From NCBI GenBank assembly GCA_964514975.1, contig CAZESS010000002.1, positions 64,001-128,000 on the forward strand: DNA of 64,000 nt, read 5' to 3'. The translations under genes and the position numbers were made by a program. Source of the stretch: an uncultured Thermoplasmatales archaeon (GTDB lineage: Archaea > Thermoplasmatota > E2 > UBA202 > DSCA01). The notes under the pieces are model-generated. The model was not told the DNA's origin. It made no database searches and worked only from the letters and a program-made list of their open reading frames with translations. Shown in pieces: positions 43,529-53,421 of the stretch (position 1 is the first letter of the stretch; each line of letters opens with the position of its first letter).

Positions 43529-44828
43529 CGTCGCCTCCTATTATGGCGGCGGATGCCTCGACCAGGTCATCTATCATCTCCCGGGTGTGCATCTCGGTGA
43601 CGCCGTAAAGCAGCGCGTTGTCCGGGCCATTGCCGAGCGGCAGGCCACCATGGATGCCCCGCTGTAGCAGCCGCTCGTTGAGCCTCCGTGCATCGATGGG
43701 CGGTACGGCCACGAACTCGTTGAACACCATGTCATCATAGGGAAACATGAATCCGATGTCCGCGAGCTGCTCCATGGCATAGCGTGCACTGTGCATGTTG
43801 ACCGCTGCCAGCCGTTGCAGCCCCGTTGTCCCATGCAGCGCCGCATAGGTGGCAAACGCAACGGCCGCCAGGGCCTGGTTGGTGCAGATGTTGCTCGTCG
43901 CGCGCTCCCGGCGGATGTGCTGCTCCCGGGTTTGCAGAGTCATGCAGAAGGCGCGTTTGCCGTCGCTGTCATGGGTAGCGCCGATGACCCGGCCGGGCAT
44001 CTGCCGGACATTGTCCCGGGTGCAGGCAAACATCCCCAGGCGGACACCGCCATAGTTCAGCGGGCAGCCAAACCAGCCGTCGCCGATCACGATGTCGGAG
44101 CCATATGATGACGGGGGATGCATCACGGCCATCAGGAGCGGGTCGACACCCATGACCAGCATGAGGTCGCTTTCATCTCTGAGCGTGCGGATGGCATCAT
44201 ACCGGGGCTCTATCAGGCCGTAGTAGTTCGGGTTTTCAAGATACAGGCCGGCCGCCCGGTCCGCCAGTGGGGCGACGATGTCCAGGTCGATCCGGCCATC
44301 ATTGAGCGGTATCTCTCTCACCTCGAGGTCGGTGCTCCACAGGTAGTTCTGGAGCACGGATTTTTTCGCCGGGGCCAGGTTTTCCGGGATGAGAAAAAGG
44401 CCGCCGCCGGTGCTCCGGGCGACCATGCCGGCTGCCTCTCCAAGGGCGGTGGCTGCATCATACATGGACACGTTGGCGACGTCCATGCCGGTGAGCTCGC
44501 AGACGATGGACTGATATTCGAACATTGCATGGAGGATGCCCTGGGAAAACTCGGGCTGATAGGGGGTATATGCGGTTAAAAACTCGCTCCGGGCCACGAT
44601 GTGCTCGACAGCCGATGGAACGTAATGCGGCTGGATGCCGCCACCCAGAAAGATGGGCATGTCGCGACAGGAGCGGTTCCTGTTGAGCAATCCGTCGACA
44701 TGTCGCTCGGCCTCCTGCTCGGTCATGCCCGCCGGCAGGTCAAGCCCGTCGATGCGGATGTCCTCCGGGATGTCCATGAAGAGCTCGTCGACGTCGCTGA
44801 TGCCGAGCGCGCCGAGCATGTCGTCCAT
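43521..44828 (-). CDS. gcvPA: Glycine dehydrogenase (decarboxylating) subunit 1
   Basis: EFLTAYTPYQPE, SMYD, TREQHIRRERATSNICTNQ. Confidence 0.96.
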   Translation of the reverse strand: MDDMLGALGISDVDELFMDIPEDIRIDGLDLPAGMTEQEAERHVDGLLNRNRSCRDMPIFLGGGIQPHYVPSAVEHIVARSEFLTAYTPYQPEFSQGILHAMFEYQSIVCELTGMDVANVSMYDAATALGEAAGMVARSTGGGLFLIPENLAPAKKSVLQNYLWSTDLEVREIPLNDGRIDLDIVAPLADRAAGLYLENPNYYGLIEPRYDAIRTLRDESDLMLVMGVDPLLMAVMHPPSSYGSDIVIGDGWFGCPLNYGGVRLGMFACTRDNVRQMPGRVIGATHDSDGKRAFCMTLQTREQHIRRERATSNICTNQALAAVAFATYAALHGTTGLQRLAAVNMHSARYAMEQLADIGFMFPYDDMVFNEFVAVPPIDARRLNERLLQRGIHGGLPLGNGPDNALLYGVTEMHTREMIDDLVEASAAIIGGDDV

Positions 44829-44829
44829 G

Positions 44830-44976
44830 TTACTTGAATTCGGTGTACCCGCACTGACCGCAGCTCAGCCGGTCGTTGTGCTCGGCGAGGAACACGCCGT
44901 CGCCGCACTTGGGACAGGTCTTCCTGGTGCGCACCAGCTTGCCGTCCTCTATCTTGTACAGGTCTTTTTTGCTCAT
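44830..44976 (-). CDS. rps27ae: 30S ribosomal protein S27ae
   Basis: [20 protein letters not shown]. Confidence 0.95.
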   Translation of the reverse strand: MSKKDLYKIEDGKLVRTRKTCPKCGDGVFLAEHNDRLSCGQCGYTEFK

Positions 44977-44977
44977 G

Positions 44978-45355
44978 TTATTCCTCCATGTCGGGTTCTG
45001 CTTCCGCTTTCTCCGGTTCAGCCTCGGGTTCAGCGGGCGCCTTCTTTTCCGCTTTTGGCTCCGCCGTGGATGGCTCCCCACCGCCGGCGAGGTTGTTCCG
45101 CTCGAGGATGTGCTGCTGCTCGACGGCTCTCGCCTGCTTCGCCGAGGTATACCCCCGGGCGTAGCCGGTCGCCTGGCTGGCGCCGTAGGTCGGCCTGATG
45201 TACTCTATCACGATGACGTTTCGCCCGACGGCGTCGCTCAGCTTCTGCTGCACCTGCTTCCGGGAGGGCGTTTTTCCCTCGAAATGCAGCGTGAAGGCCA
45301 CTTCCTCTCGCTCCAGGATCTTGTTTTCCTTTCTTGACGATATCTCGATTTCCAT
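44978..45355 (-). CDS. rps24e: 30S ribosomal protein S24e (acidic tail)
   Basis: [18 protein letters not shown]. Confidence 0.92.
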   Translation of the reverse strand: MEIEISSRKENKILEREEVAFTLHFEGKTPSRKQVQQKLSDAVGRNVIVIEYIRPTYGASQATGYARGYTSAKQARAVEQQHILERNNLAGGGEPSTAEPKAEKKAPAEPEAEPEKAEAEPDMEE

Positions 45356-45356
45356 T

Positions 45357-45854
45357 TTATTCCTCCATGTCCCGCAGGACACGTTTGACTTTTTCTTTTG
45401 ACTCAGATGTAACCATGACACGGGCGATGCCCTCTCCCGGGAGCCCGTAGACAACCGTCGCATCCACGGGGGCAAGCGCGATGGCCGCAAGCGCCGCCAG
45501 GTCCTCCTCGCCGTCCACCTCTATCCGCGTCGGCGTATCAGTGGCAAACGTCTGCTCGATGGCCCACCAGAGCTCGTCGGTGATCATGCCGGCCGGGTTG
45601 CTGACCCGTCGCACCGTTATCCCGGTCTGCCTGACATCCCGCTCGACGGCGGGGCTGCACGGCGACCTCTCAACCTGGAAGTCGACCACCGACAGGTCGG
45701 GCTCGATGCCATGTCGCTGCATGGTCGCGGTCACCATGTCACCCACCGTGACAAGGGGACGTGACAGCGACCCATCAAGATCGTTTTCCTGGATGACCGC
45801 GCCGATCGGGTGCCGCAGCATGCTCCGCCTGTCGTCGGGCAGCACATAGGTCAT
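45357..45854 (-). CDS. GTP-dependent dephospho-CoA kinase (DUF359)
   Basis: VGDMVT, NPAGMIT, VDGEEDL, YGLPGEG; conserved gene context. Confidence 0.88.
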   Translation of the reverse strand: MTYVLPDDRRSMLRHPIGAVIQENDLDGSLSRPLVTVGDMVTATMQRHGIEPDLSVVDFQVERSPCSPAVERDVRQTGITVRRVSNPAGMITDELWWAIEQTFATDTPTRIEVDGEEDLAALAAIALAPVDATVVYGLPGEGIARVMVTSESKEKVKRVLRDMEE

Positions 45855-46027
45855 CGTACCTTCAGGGCATACTTGCCGGGCATCTTGATACCCATTTTTT
45901 CCGCGATGCGGGAGCGCGCCGGGTCGATGATGACCATGTATCCCTGCCAGTGTTCCGACGTCGGCGCATTACAGTATGGGCAGACATCGTCCTCGGTAAG
46001 CATGTGACATTTTTTGCAGGCCTTCAT
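45851..46027 (-). CDS. spt4: Transcription elongation factor Spt4 (RpoE'')
   Basis: KACKKC..CPYC..WQG..PGKYALKVR. Confidence 0.95.
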   Translation of the reverse strand: MKACKKCHMLTEDDVCPYCNAPTSEHWQGYMVIIDPARSRIAEKMGIKMPGKYALKVR

Positions 46028-46569
46028 TTGTTCTCCTCCCTGCGCCATTCTTTTTTGCCCATGCCCGGCTGCCGCATGGTCAGCCCGATCTTGCTCTCCC
46101 GGGGGTTCATCTCGTTGAGCGAAATGGTGACGATGCGGGCGCGGACCACGTCGCCGACCTTCAGCGAATGCTTGGTCTCCCGGCCCTCCATCCGCTTGTT
46201 CTCGGCGTCGATGACGATGTGGTCGTCCATGATCTGGCTCTTATGAATCAGCGCGTCGAGCGGCCCGATGTGGCAGAAGGCGCCGAACTCGACGACGTCG
46301 CAGATGATGCCGTCGATGACCTCATGCTGCTCGGGCCTGAACGTCAGCGCGTCGAAGGAGACATCCTGGTAGATGGCACCATCGCCATGGATGATCTTGC
46401 CCTCGCCCAGGCGCTCCACGTTCTCGGTGACCAGGATGAGACCGTGCTGCCGGTCCATGGTGCCCTCGAAGGTTTCCTGGACAATTTTGGTGCTGACCTC
46501 TTCCAGGTCTTCTCCGATGTGGTCGGGTTGGATGCGGATGGTATCGTCCTTTTTAACCATATAATACAT
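46024..46569 (-). CDS. rpo7: RNA polymerase subunit E' (Rpo7)
   Basis: GDGAIY, EFGAF..GPLDALIH.SQI, KIGLTMRQPGMGK. Confidence 0.95.
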   Translation of the reverse strand: MYYMVKKDDTIRIQPDHIGEDLEEVSTKIVQETFEGTMDRQHGLILVTENVERLGEGKIIHGDGAIYQDVSFDALTFRPEQHEVIDGIICDVVEFGAFCHIGPLDALIHKSQIMDDHIVIDAENKRMEGRETKHSLKVGDVVRARIVTISLNEMNPRESKIGLTMRQPGMGKKEWRREENK

Positions 46570-46623
46570 GAAATCTCCTACCTGAAATAGACCCATTGCT
46601 TATAAATATAATGGTGGCCTCGT

Positions 46624-47772
46624 TCAGCCCACGACGGACTGCTCCCGCTCGAAGTCTGCTTTGCTGAAGCGATCGTAGCGCAGCCCGGAGATGTCCACAT
46701 CGGGCTGCTCACCGGCGATGTGCTGCGCGAGCACCCGGGCGACGATGGGCGCCAGCATGAACCCATGGCCGGAGAAGCCGTTGCACTGGAGGAAGCCCCG
46801 GAGGCTGTCGACCTCGCCCAGGATGGGGCGTGCATCGGGCGTGACGTCGTAGTAGCCGGTCCACTGCCGCAGCACCCTGACGTGCCGGAGCACCGGCGCA
46901 TACCGGATGAGCGTGCTGGACATGTGCTCCAGGAAGCCCAGGGTGGCGGTGTCGTCGTAGCCCGTTACTTTTTCAGGCGGCGGGATGCCGCCGAGCACCT
47001 GGCCCTCCTCCTGCTGGCTGAAATAGATGCCGTCTTTGAACGATATCACCATGGCGTCGAACACCCGGGCCATCCGCTCCGTCACCAGTATTTCTTTTTT
47101 GATCGGAACGTTTGGCAACTTCACGTCGGCCATCCCGGCTATCTGCTTTGACCAGGCGCCAGCCGCGTTGACCACATATTCGGCAGCAATGTCCCCTTTG
47201 TCGGTTCGCACGCCGGTGACCTCGCCGTGGTCGGTGAGCACGTCCTCGACCTCGGTAAACCGGAAAAACCGGGCGCCCGCTCGTTCCGCCGCCCTGGCAT
47301 AGGCATAGGTGGTCTTGAACGGGTCCGCGTGGCCGTCGCTGGGGCAAAACGTGGCGCCGATGGCGTCCATGCCGTCGACGTCCAGGATGGGCACCACATC
47401 GGGTATCTCCCCGGGAGCGAGCAGCTCGACGTCGAGGCCGAGGGAACGCTGTAGCTCAACGTTGCGCTCCGCCTGCACCATGCCCTCCTCGTCATGCACG
47501 ACGACGAGGTAGCCGCCCTGCCGGAGGCCGATGTCCGCCTGCAATTCCTCGGACAGCTCCTCGAAGATTGAGACGCTTTTCATGGCCAGGCCGATGTTTT
47601 CCCTGGTTGACCACTGCTGGCGCATGCCCGCGCCACACCGCCCGGTGGCGCCACCCGCCAGGATGCTGCGCTCTATCACCGCCACGTTGATGTCGCGCTT
47701 CGCGAGCTCGTAGGCCAGCGCGCAGCCGTTGATGCCGCCGCCGACGATGACCACCGTGGCATGGTCAATCAT
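46624..47772 (-). CDS. Proline dehydrogenase beta / sarcosine oxidase beta-like FAD subunit
   Basis: IVGGGING, GATGRCGAGMRQQW, YDVTPD, GFSGHGFM. Confidence 0.88.
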   Translation of the reverse strand: MIDHATVVIVGGGINGCALAYELAKRDINVAVIERSILAGGATGRCGAGMRQQWSTRENIGLAMKSVSIFEELSEELQADIGLRQGGYLVVVHDEEGMVQAERNVELQRSLGLDVELLAPGEIPDVVPILDVDGMDAIGATFCPSDGHADPFKTTYAYARAAERAGARFFRFTEVEDVLTDHGEVTGVRTDKGDIAAEYVVNAAGAWSKQIAGMADVKLPNVPIKKEILVTERMARVFDAMVISFKDGIYFSQQEEGQVLGGIPPPEKVTGYDDTATLGFLEHMSSTLIRYAPVLRHVRVLRQWTGYYDVTPDARPILGEVDSLRGFLQCNGFSGHGFMLAPIVARVLAQHIAGEQPDVDISGLRYDRFSKADFEREQSVVG

Positions 47773-48031
47773 CGCATTCGCCTCCCAGGGTTCCCAGCGA
47801 CACGGGGACGATGAGCGGCCGGGTGGTCTGCCATTGCAGCTCGTCGATTGACTGCCCTGTTTCCCGGGCGAGGATGCGCGCCGCCAGCATCAGGCAGGTG
47901 CGACCCTGGCAGGGGCCCATGCCCAGCCGGAGGTGATGTTTGAGCTCGTCGAGCGTCCGGCAGCCGTTCTCTATCTCGCTGATGATGTCCTGCCGGGTGA
48001 CGTCCTCGCATCTGCATATTATCGTGGTCAT
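47765..48031 (-). CDS. BFD-like (2Fe-2S)-binding subunit
   Basis: ICRCEDV..GMGPCQGRTC..RP. Confidence 0.9.
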   Translation of the reverse strand: MTTIICRCEDVTRQDIISEIENGCRTLDELKHHLRLGMGPCQGRTCLMLAARILARETGQSIDELQWQTTRPLIVPVSLGTLGGECDD

Positions 48032-48492
48032 GGTTCCACCTCGACGGCGCGGACCTGCATCGCCAGCTCCGGCGCGACCTCGACGGTTATGGCCGGGGTG
48101 TCATCTTTTTTGACGCTGTGGACGATGGCCTCGCCGATTTTTTCGCCCCGGCGGTTCAACGCGGCGACGGTGTCGCTCTCCCCTGGAAGCGGGAGCATCT
48201 CGTAGGGAAGGGTCACCAGCGCGTGGTCATCCTCGAGTTTGATGACGAAGCAGGCCAGGCCGGGGCAGATTGCCACGCATTTGCCGCAGCCGATGCATGC
48301 CTCGAAATCAACGCGGGGTGGCGCGTTGATGTTTTCCATGGAGATGGCGTCGGTCGGGCAGATGTCGACGCAGGGATTGCATGGAATTTTTTGTATGCAT
48401 TCGATGACGGCTACGCCCTTGTGGAGCTGTTTTTCCGACGGCAGGTCGAGGTCGTCCTCCGTCAGCACGCCCGTTCGGTCATATTCCTGCAT
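48028..48492 (-). CDS. 4Fe-4S ferredoxin subunit
   Basis: CIQKIPCNPCVDICP, CIGCGKCVAICPG. Confidence 0.9.
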   Translation of the reverse strand: MQEYDRTGVLTEDDLDLPSEKQLHKGVAVIECIQKIPCNPCVDICPTDAISMENINAPPRVDFEACIGCGKCVAICPGLACFVIKLEDDHALVTLPYEMLPLPGESDTVAALNRRGEKIGEAIVHSVKKDDTPAITVEVAPELAMQVRAVEVEP

Positions 48493-49927
48493 CGTCTGCC
48501 TCCCTGTGGATGATGGTTTTTGCCTCCCGGGGTTTTTCGCCGAACGGCCCGGCTCGCATGTCTTTGAGGCGAGCGTGGCAGTCCTCCAGCAATGTTTCGA
48601 TGTCATCCACGCCGTGGACCGTGTCTGCGGCGGCGAGACCTGCGACGGTGCCCTCGACCATGGCCGTCGATGCCTCCTCGATGCCCGATGCATCCCCGGC
48701 GGTGTAGAGACCTGCAACGGAGGTTTCCATCCGTTGGTTGTGCAATGCCACATGGCCGCCCGCCGCGGGGATATATCGCTGCTCTGCGCCGGCCTGGAGC
48801 AGGAGCCGGGCGGACGGGGTCAACCCGACGGCGAGGCAGACCGTGTCACATGGAACGTCTTCCTCGCTTCCCTCGATTTCGTTCCAGTCGTCGTCGAGCT
48901 CCACCACCACCGCGCCTTCTACCACGTCGCCGCCGTATACCTCTTTCACCGAATGCCTCGTTTGAATGGGAACGCCGTGGCGGCGGAGCTTCGCCGCATG
49001 GACATGGTAGCCGCCGATAGATGGCATGGCCTCGACGACACGTTCGACCTGTACGCCGGCCTGCAGCAGCTGATATGAGACGATGAGGCCGACGTTGCCC
49101 GCGCCGACCATGATAACCCGTTCGCCCGGCCTGACGCCCTGGACGTTCATCAGGGTCTGGACGCCGCCCGCCCCGTAGACGCCGGGAAGGTCGTTGCCGG
49201 GAAATGCCAGCATGTTTTCCATGGCGCCGGTGGCGATGACGACCTGCCGGGCATTGATTCGATAAAGCTGGTTTTCCATCCGGTTGGCGGCGGCGATGAC
49301 ATGCGCCTCGCTGCTGCGGCCATAGTAGCCGATGGCAGCGGTCTGTAGCAGCATGTCGACCCGGCCGTCGTCGGCAAGCGAGATGATCTGTTCCTCGAGC
49401 TCCCTGGCGATGGCGACGCCGCGGGTGCCCGCCTGTTCCTCCCGGGAGCCGAAAAATTTGTGGGTCTGCTTGACGAGCTGGCCCCCCATCCGGGGGTTTT
49501 CATCCAGGATGAGCACCTGGCTGCCGTGTTCCGCCGCGGATAACGCCGCCATCATGCCCGCGGGCCCGGCGCCGATGACGAGCACCTCGACGTCGAAGTC
49601 GACCGGTGGATGCGACTCAAAGGACACCTCGGGAAGCCGCCCCCGGCCGGGCTCGACCTGCATGTCCCGCTCGGCGGGCACGATACAGGTCCGGACGGAC
49701 GGGATGCCGTTGACACGCATGAGACAGGAAGAGCATTTGCCGATGCCGCAGAAAAACCCCCGCGGCCGGTCATGGGTGACGCTCCGGGAGAGCACCCGGA
49801 CGCCGGCTGCATGGAGCGCCGCAGCGATGCTCTCGCCCCGGTAGGCGGGTATCTTCCATCCGTCATATAAAAAAGTAAACGAGTCGGTGCGATCAAAGCT
49901 GAGGACGGGATGACGCTCTATCCGCAC
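48479..49927 (-). CDS. Proline dehydrogenase alpha / sarcosine oxidase alpha-like subunit
   Basis: GESIAAAL, FCGIGKCSSC, GAGPAG, GGQLVKQTHKFFG, AGDASG. Confidence 0.88.
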   Translation of the reverse strand: MRIERHPVLSFDRTDSFTFLYDGWKIPAYRGESIAAALHAAGVRVLSRSVTHDRPRGFFCGIGKCSSCLMRVNGIPSVRTCIVPAERDMQVEPGRGRLPEVSFESHPPVDFDVEVLVIGAGPAGMMAALSAAEHGSQVLILDENPRMGGQLVKQTHKFFGSREEQAGTRGVAIARELEEQIISLADDGRVDMLLQTAAIGYYGRSSEAHVIAAANRMENQLYRINARQVVIATGAMENMLAFPGNDLPGVYGAGGVQTLMNVQGVRPGERVIMVGAGNVGLIVSYQLLQAGVQVERVVEAMPSIGGYHVHAAKLRRHGVPIQTRHSVKEVYGGDVVEGAVVVELDDDWNEIEGSEEDVPCDTVCLAVGLTPSARLLLQAGAEQRYIPAAGGHVALHNQRMETSVAGLYTAGDASGIEEASTAMVEGTVAGLAAADTVHGVDDIETLLEDCHARLKDMRAGPFGEKPREAKTIIHREADDAGI

Positions 49928-50394
49928 GCGTTCACCTCACGTTGTTTTTTCAGAAACACCGTTGTCTGCCGCCTGAACACGGCGAGGTTGGGCGGCTCCT
50001 TCTCCCCGTCATATTTTGCCTCGAGTGAGCTGATCATCTCGATGTATTCCCGGTAAAGCTCCTCGTGCTGCATGAGCTCCCATGGAGACATGATGTCCCG
50101 GGCGGTATCCGTAAAATATAAATCTATCCATGTCCGGTCGCCGAGCGAGGGATGCGTCGCGTTGTATTCCATGTTGTGCGCCGCGGCGACGATGGCGCTG
50201 TCCACCATCTTGGTGCCCGCGGCCACCGACTTAAACAGGCGGATGATTTCCTCCTCGGGGACATGCGGGCATTCATCCATGAGCTCCTTGAACAGCTCGC
50301 GGGACGTCGAACTGCGCTCGATGATCCGGCGTCCTTCCTTGCGCTGTTCTTCCAGAATCTCGTCGACGGTTGCCATCCTAAACGGTATGGCCAC
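49918..50394 (-). CDS. Hypothetical helical protein within the aminotransferase-dehydrogenase cluster
   Basis: 158-aa ORF overlapping the downstream gene start. Confidence 0.7.
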   Translation of the reverse strand: MAIPFRMATVDEILEEQRKEGRRIIERSSTSRELFKELMDECPHVPEEEIIRLFKSVAAGTKMVDSAIVAAAHNMEYNATHPSLGDRTWIDLYFTDTARDIMSPWELMQHEELYREYIEMISSLEAKYDGEKEPPNLAVFRRQTTVFLKKQREVNACG

Positions 50395-50421
50395 AGGCCA
50401 TATATGCTTTATCCTGCCGGG

Positions 50422-51912
50422 CTAACATGACAGGTCGTTGAGCGCGTGGTCGAGCTGCTGCAGGAAGAACGCTGTTTCGCCCTGGCTGATAATCGTGGGA
50501 GGCAAAAAGCGGATGTATGGGCCGGTCGACAGCGTGGATTTGACGTGGTGCTGTCTGAGATGCCGCTGCAGCTCTTCGACGTTTTCCTCGCTGCCGAGGG
50601 AGACGGCGAGCATGAGGCCTCTGCCATGTATGTCCTCCATGACGGGATGTTTGTGCTGGAGCCTGGCAAAGCCGTCGCGCATCTGCGCTGCTCGTTCGAT
50701 GACGTTTTGGGTGATGTTGCGGCGGCGCATCTGCCGGGTGGCGATGAGCGCGGCGGTCATGGCCATGGGGTTGCCGCCGAAGGTTGATCCATCCCAGCCG
50801 GGCTGCATCGCATCGGATATCTCGCTGGTGGTGACCACCGCCGTGACGGGGTAGCCGCCGCCGAAGGATTTGCCGATGGCCATGATGTCCGGCGTCACGT
50901 TGTAGCTCTGGCAGGCGAACCAGTCGCCCTGGCTGACCGCGGTGCGGCCAAAACCTGCCTGGACCTCGTCGTCGATGATGACCGCGTCGCGCTCATCGGC
51001 GAGCTCCCAGAGCTGGTCGATGAAGCCCTGCTCCGCCGGGGTATTGCCTGCCTCCTCGCCCTGCACCATTTCCATGATGATGGTCCGGGCGCCGCTGTCG
51101 TCCATTGCCCGCCTCACTGAATCGATGTCGTTGAACTCGGCGAAGTGCACCCAGCTCTCGTCGTGTAAATGAAACGGCCGGCGGTAGTCCTCGTTCCAGG
51201 TGACCGCAACGGCGCCATGGGTACGGCCGTGGAAGCCGTTTTTGAAGGCGACGACATCCTTGCAGCCGGTGTAGGCCTTGGCGAACTTGATGCATTTGTC
51301 GACCGCCTCGCCGCCAGAGTTCTGCCAGTAAAAGTGCTCCAGCCCGGGGGGCATCATCTGCCCGATTTCCTTGAGGAAACGGGTGCGGGCTATCTGGACG
51401 CGGTCTTCCTTCATTGAGACCAGCAGCCTGGCCTGGTTGGAGAGGCCGCGCGCGAGTTCCTTGTTCGCCATGCCCAGGTTGGTGGCGCTGTAGTTGCTGT
51501 CCATGTCGAGATACCACCGGCCGTGGGTGTCGCGTATCCAGCAGCCATCGCCCCGGACGGGCACGATGTCCTCCTCCAATGCGGAGACGGGTATCTTGTG
51601 CCTGTGGTGTATATCTCTTGCCTCTGCGGTTGCTATCTCTGATTCCTGGAGCCGCCCGACGATGTCCCTGATGACAGGGTGCGGCAGCGCTGCCGTGTCG
51701 ATTATGGCGGCTATGGCGGACGCCTGCTCCCGGTTCAGCGGCGCCCGGGGGTCGACGTCGAGCTGCTCGTTGAGGTGCTGTATGTGTGCTGCTGCGTCGT
51801 CGCCGAGGACGTCGGTGAGGACCTCGGTGATCCGTTCGAGCGTTGCGTGGCTCCGCTCGGGATGGTCTGCTCTCTCTGGTACCAAAATACGTTCAAAATG
51901 GGTTCTGTCCAT
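50422..51912 (-). CDS. Class III aminotransferase (ornithine/acetylornithine type) with N-terminal extension
   Basis: NSGGEA, FHGRT, EMVQGE, DEVQAGFGRT, GKSFGGG, STFGGNP. Confidence 0.88.
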   Translation of the reverse strand: MDRTHFERILVPERADHPERSHATLERITEVLTDVLGDDAAAHIQHLNEQLDVDPRAPLNREQASAIAAIIDTAALPHPVIRDIVGRLQESEIATAEARDIHHRHKIPVSALEEDIVPVRGDGCWIRDTHGRWYLDMDSNYSATNLGMANKELARGLSNQARLLVSMKEDRVQIARTRFLKEIGQMMPPGLEHFYWQNSGGEAVDKCIKFAKAYTGCKDVVAFKNGFHGRTHGAVAVTWNEDYRRPFHLHDESWVHFAEFNDIDSVRRAMDDSGARTIIMEMVQGEEAGNTPAEQGFIDQLWELADERDAVIIDDEVQAGFGRTAVSQGDWFACQSYNVTPDIMAIGKSFGGGYPVTAVVTTSEISDAMQPGWDGSTFGGNPMAMTAALIATRQMRRRNITQNVIERAAQMRDGFARLQHKHPVMEDIHGRGLMLAVSLGSEENVEELQRHLRQHHVKSTLSTGPYIRFLPPTIISQGETAFFLQQLDHALNDLSC

Positions 51913-52014
51913 CGTTACTCATGTTTTTAACCATCTCGCCCATAAATATCTTTGGGACTGCCGGTGGCTGGCAGATATGTTAAAATTTTTTAATCCGCTA
52001 TTTTTTTGGAATAC

Positions 52015-52425
52015 ATGTACTGCCCGGAATGTGGACGCAAAATCGAGGAGGACATGCAATTTTGCCCCGGATGCGGTACGGCCATCGGCGAGCCATCATC
52101 GGAGGAACATCCGGTAACAGCGCCCACGGCAGATGTCGACCTGTCACGTTTTTTCTCCCGAAAAATGATCGGTCTCGCCGTCGCCGTCGGCGTCCTTGTC
52201 GCCTTTGTCGGCGCGGTTGCCTGCACCGTTGCGGATGGCAGCGACGGTCGCAAGGCGGGCCTTGTCATCTACAACCTCGGCGGGTTCGTGCTCGGCGGAG
52301 CGCTGCTCCTCGGCCCGCTTGTCAACGACGGGTGTGACCGTCTCCTGCGGGCCGGCATGCTGGTCGCCGGCGCCCTGGTTGTCGGTCTGGTGCTTTCACC
52401 CGCGGCTGTCGGCATACCCTGGTAA
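52015..52425 (+). CDS. Zinc-ribbon membrane protein
   Basis: MYCPECG..FCPGCG followed by 3 TM helices. Confidence 0.8.
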   Translation: MYCPECGRKIEEDMQFCPGCGTAIGEPSSEEHPVTAPTADVDLSRFFSRKMIGLAVAVGVLVAFVGAVACTVADGSDGRKAGLVIYNLGGFVLGGALLLGPLVNDGCDRLLRAGMLVAGALVVGLVLSPAAVGIPW

Positions 52426-52430
52426 CCTGG

Positions 52431-53390
52431 CTACTGCTTTCGTATCTCCCGTAGGCGTTCCTGCATCTCCTCTTGGAGATGCCCTGCAATGTTTCTCCCG
52501 GTGAAGGCATCTGCACGGGCTGCGATGGCGATTTTGCCGGCGAGGCTCCTGGCTATCTTGCCCCGCTTTTTTTTCGGTGCCGTGTTGACCCATTCATGCT
52601 GGAAGATGATGCCATGTTTTGGGGGCGGCGTTCCCTTGCGAAGGTGCTGGAACAGGGCTTTTTCGGCGCCGAGCACCTGGATTGTCCCTGCGGGCAGCTC
52701 GGCGAGCCGCCGCAATGACCCGGCGGCGGCGATGAGACGGGCGGCGATGGCTTCGCCGATGAGCGCGCTGACGTTGGGCGCCATCTGCTGCATTGCATCT
52801 GCGATGTATGCCTCAAGGGTGTTCCGTGTCTCCTGCATGTCGATGGTGAGCCGGGCGAGCTGTTTGAGGGATGTCTCCTCCTGACGGTCGAGCGGCTCGC
52901 TTCCCGGGATGCTCCATCTGCTGACGATGTCATAGGGGAGGGTGTCGCCGTCGACGGCGTGGCCGGCAAAGTAGCCATACCAGTCCTCGAGGTGTTCCAT
53001 GAGGATGTTGCGGGTTTTGAGAAGGTCGTCGAGCGCGTGGACGGCACCGGCGATGCGGCTGCTTCTTTTGCTGCGCTCCTGCTCCATCTGCCGCTCGGCG
53101 AGCATGATCGATGCCTCGCGGAGCAGGCCGTGGTCGTAGCCGTGTTCCTCCGGGGAGGTGTCGAGGTCGGGGATGGTGCCGATGGACGCCAGCGGGCTGA
53201 GGCGCTGCTCCCCGGCGACGGCGTCGTGCTGCTCCCATGCTTGCTCTTCTTCCAGGATGTTGCCGGCGCGTATCTGCTGGAGCCGGTCGGCGATTGCTTC
53301 GGCGTTTTTGGGGAACAGCCGCGCGTCGATGACGTCGCTGTCATTGTAGAGAAACGTTCCGTACCAGGTGGTCTTCACATATTTCGGCAT
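52431..53390 (-). CDS. nop5: Nop5/Nop56 box C/D RNP protein
   Basis: APNVSAL, PAGTIQVLGAEKALF, PPKHGIIF, RGKIAR. Confidence 0.93.
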   Translation of the reverse strand: MPKYVKTTWYGTFLYNDSDVIDARLFPKNAEAIADRLQQIRAGNILEEEQAWEQHDAVAGEQRLSPLASIGTIPDLDTSPEEHGYDHGLLREASIMLAERQMEQERSKRSSRIAGAVHALDDLLKTRNILMEHLEDWYGYFAGHAVDGDTLPYDIVSRWSIPGSEPLDRQEETSLKQLARLTIDMQETRNTLEAYIADAMQQMAPNVSALIGEAIAARLIAAAGSLRRLAELPAGTIQVLGAEKALFQHLRKGTPPPKHGIIFQHEWVNTAPKKKRGKIARSLAGKIAIAARADAFTGRNIAGHLQEEMQERLREIRKQ

Positions 53391-53421
53391 TGTTTTAAAT
53401 ACAGCACTGCATTTAAAAACT

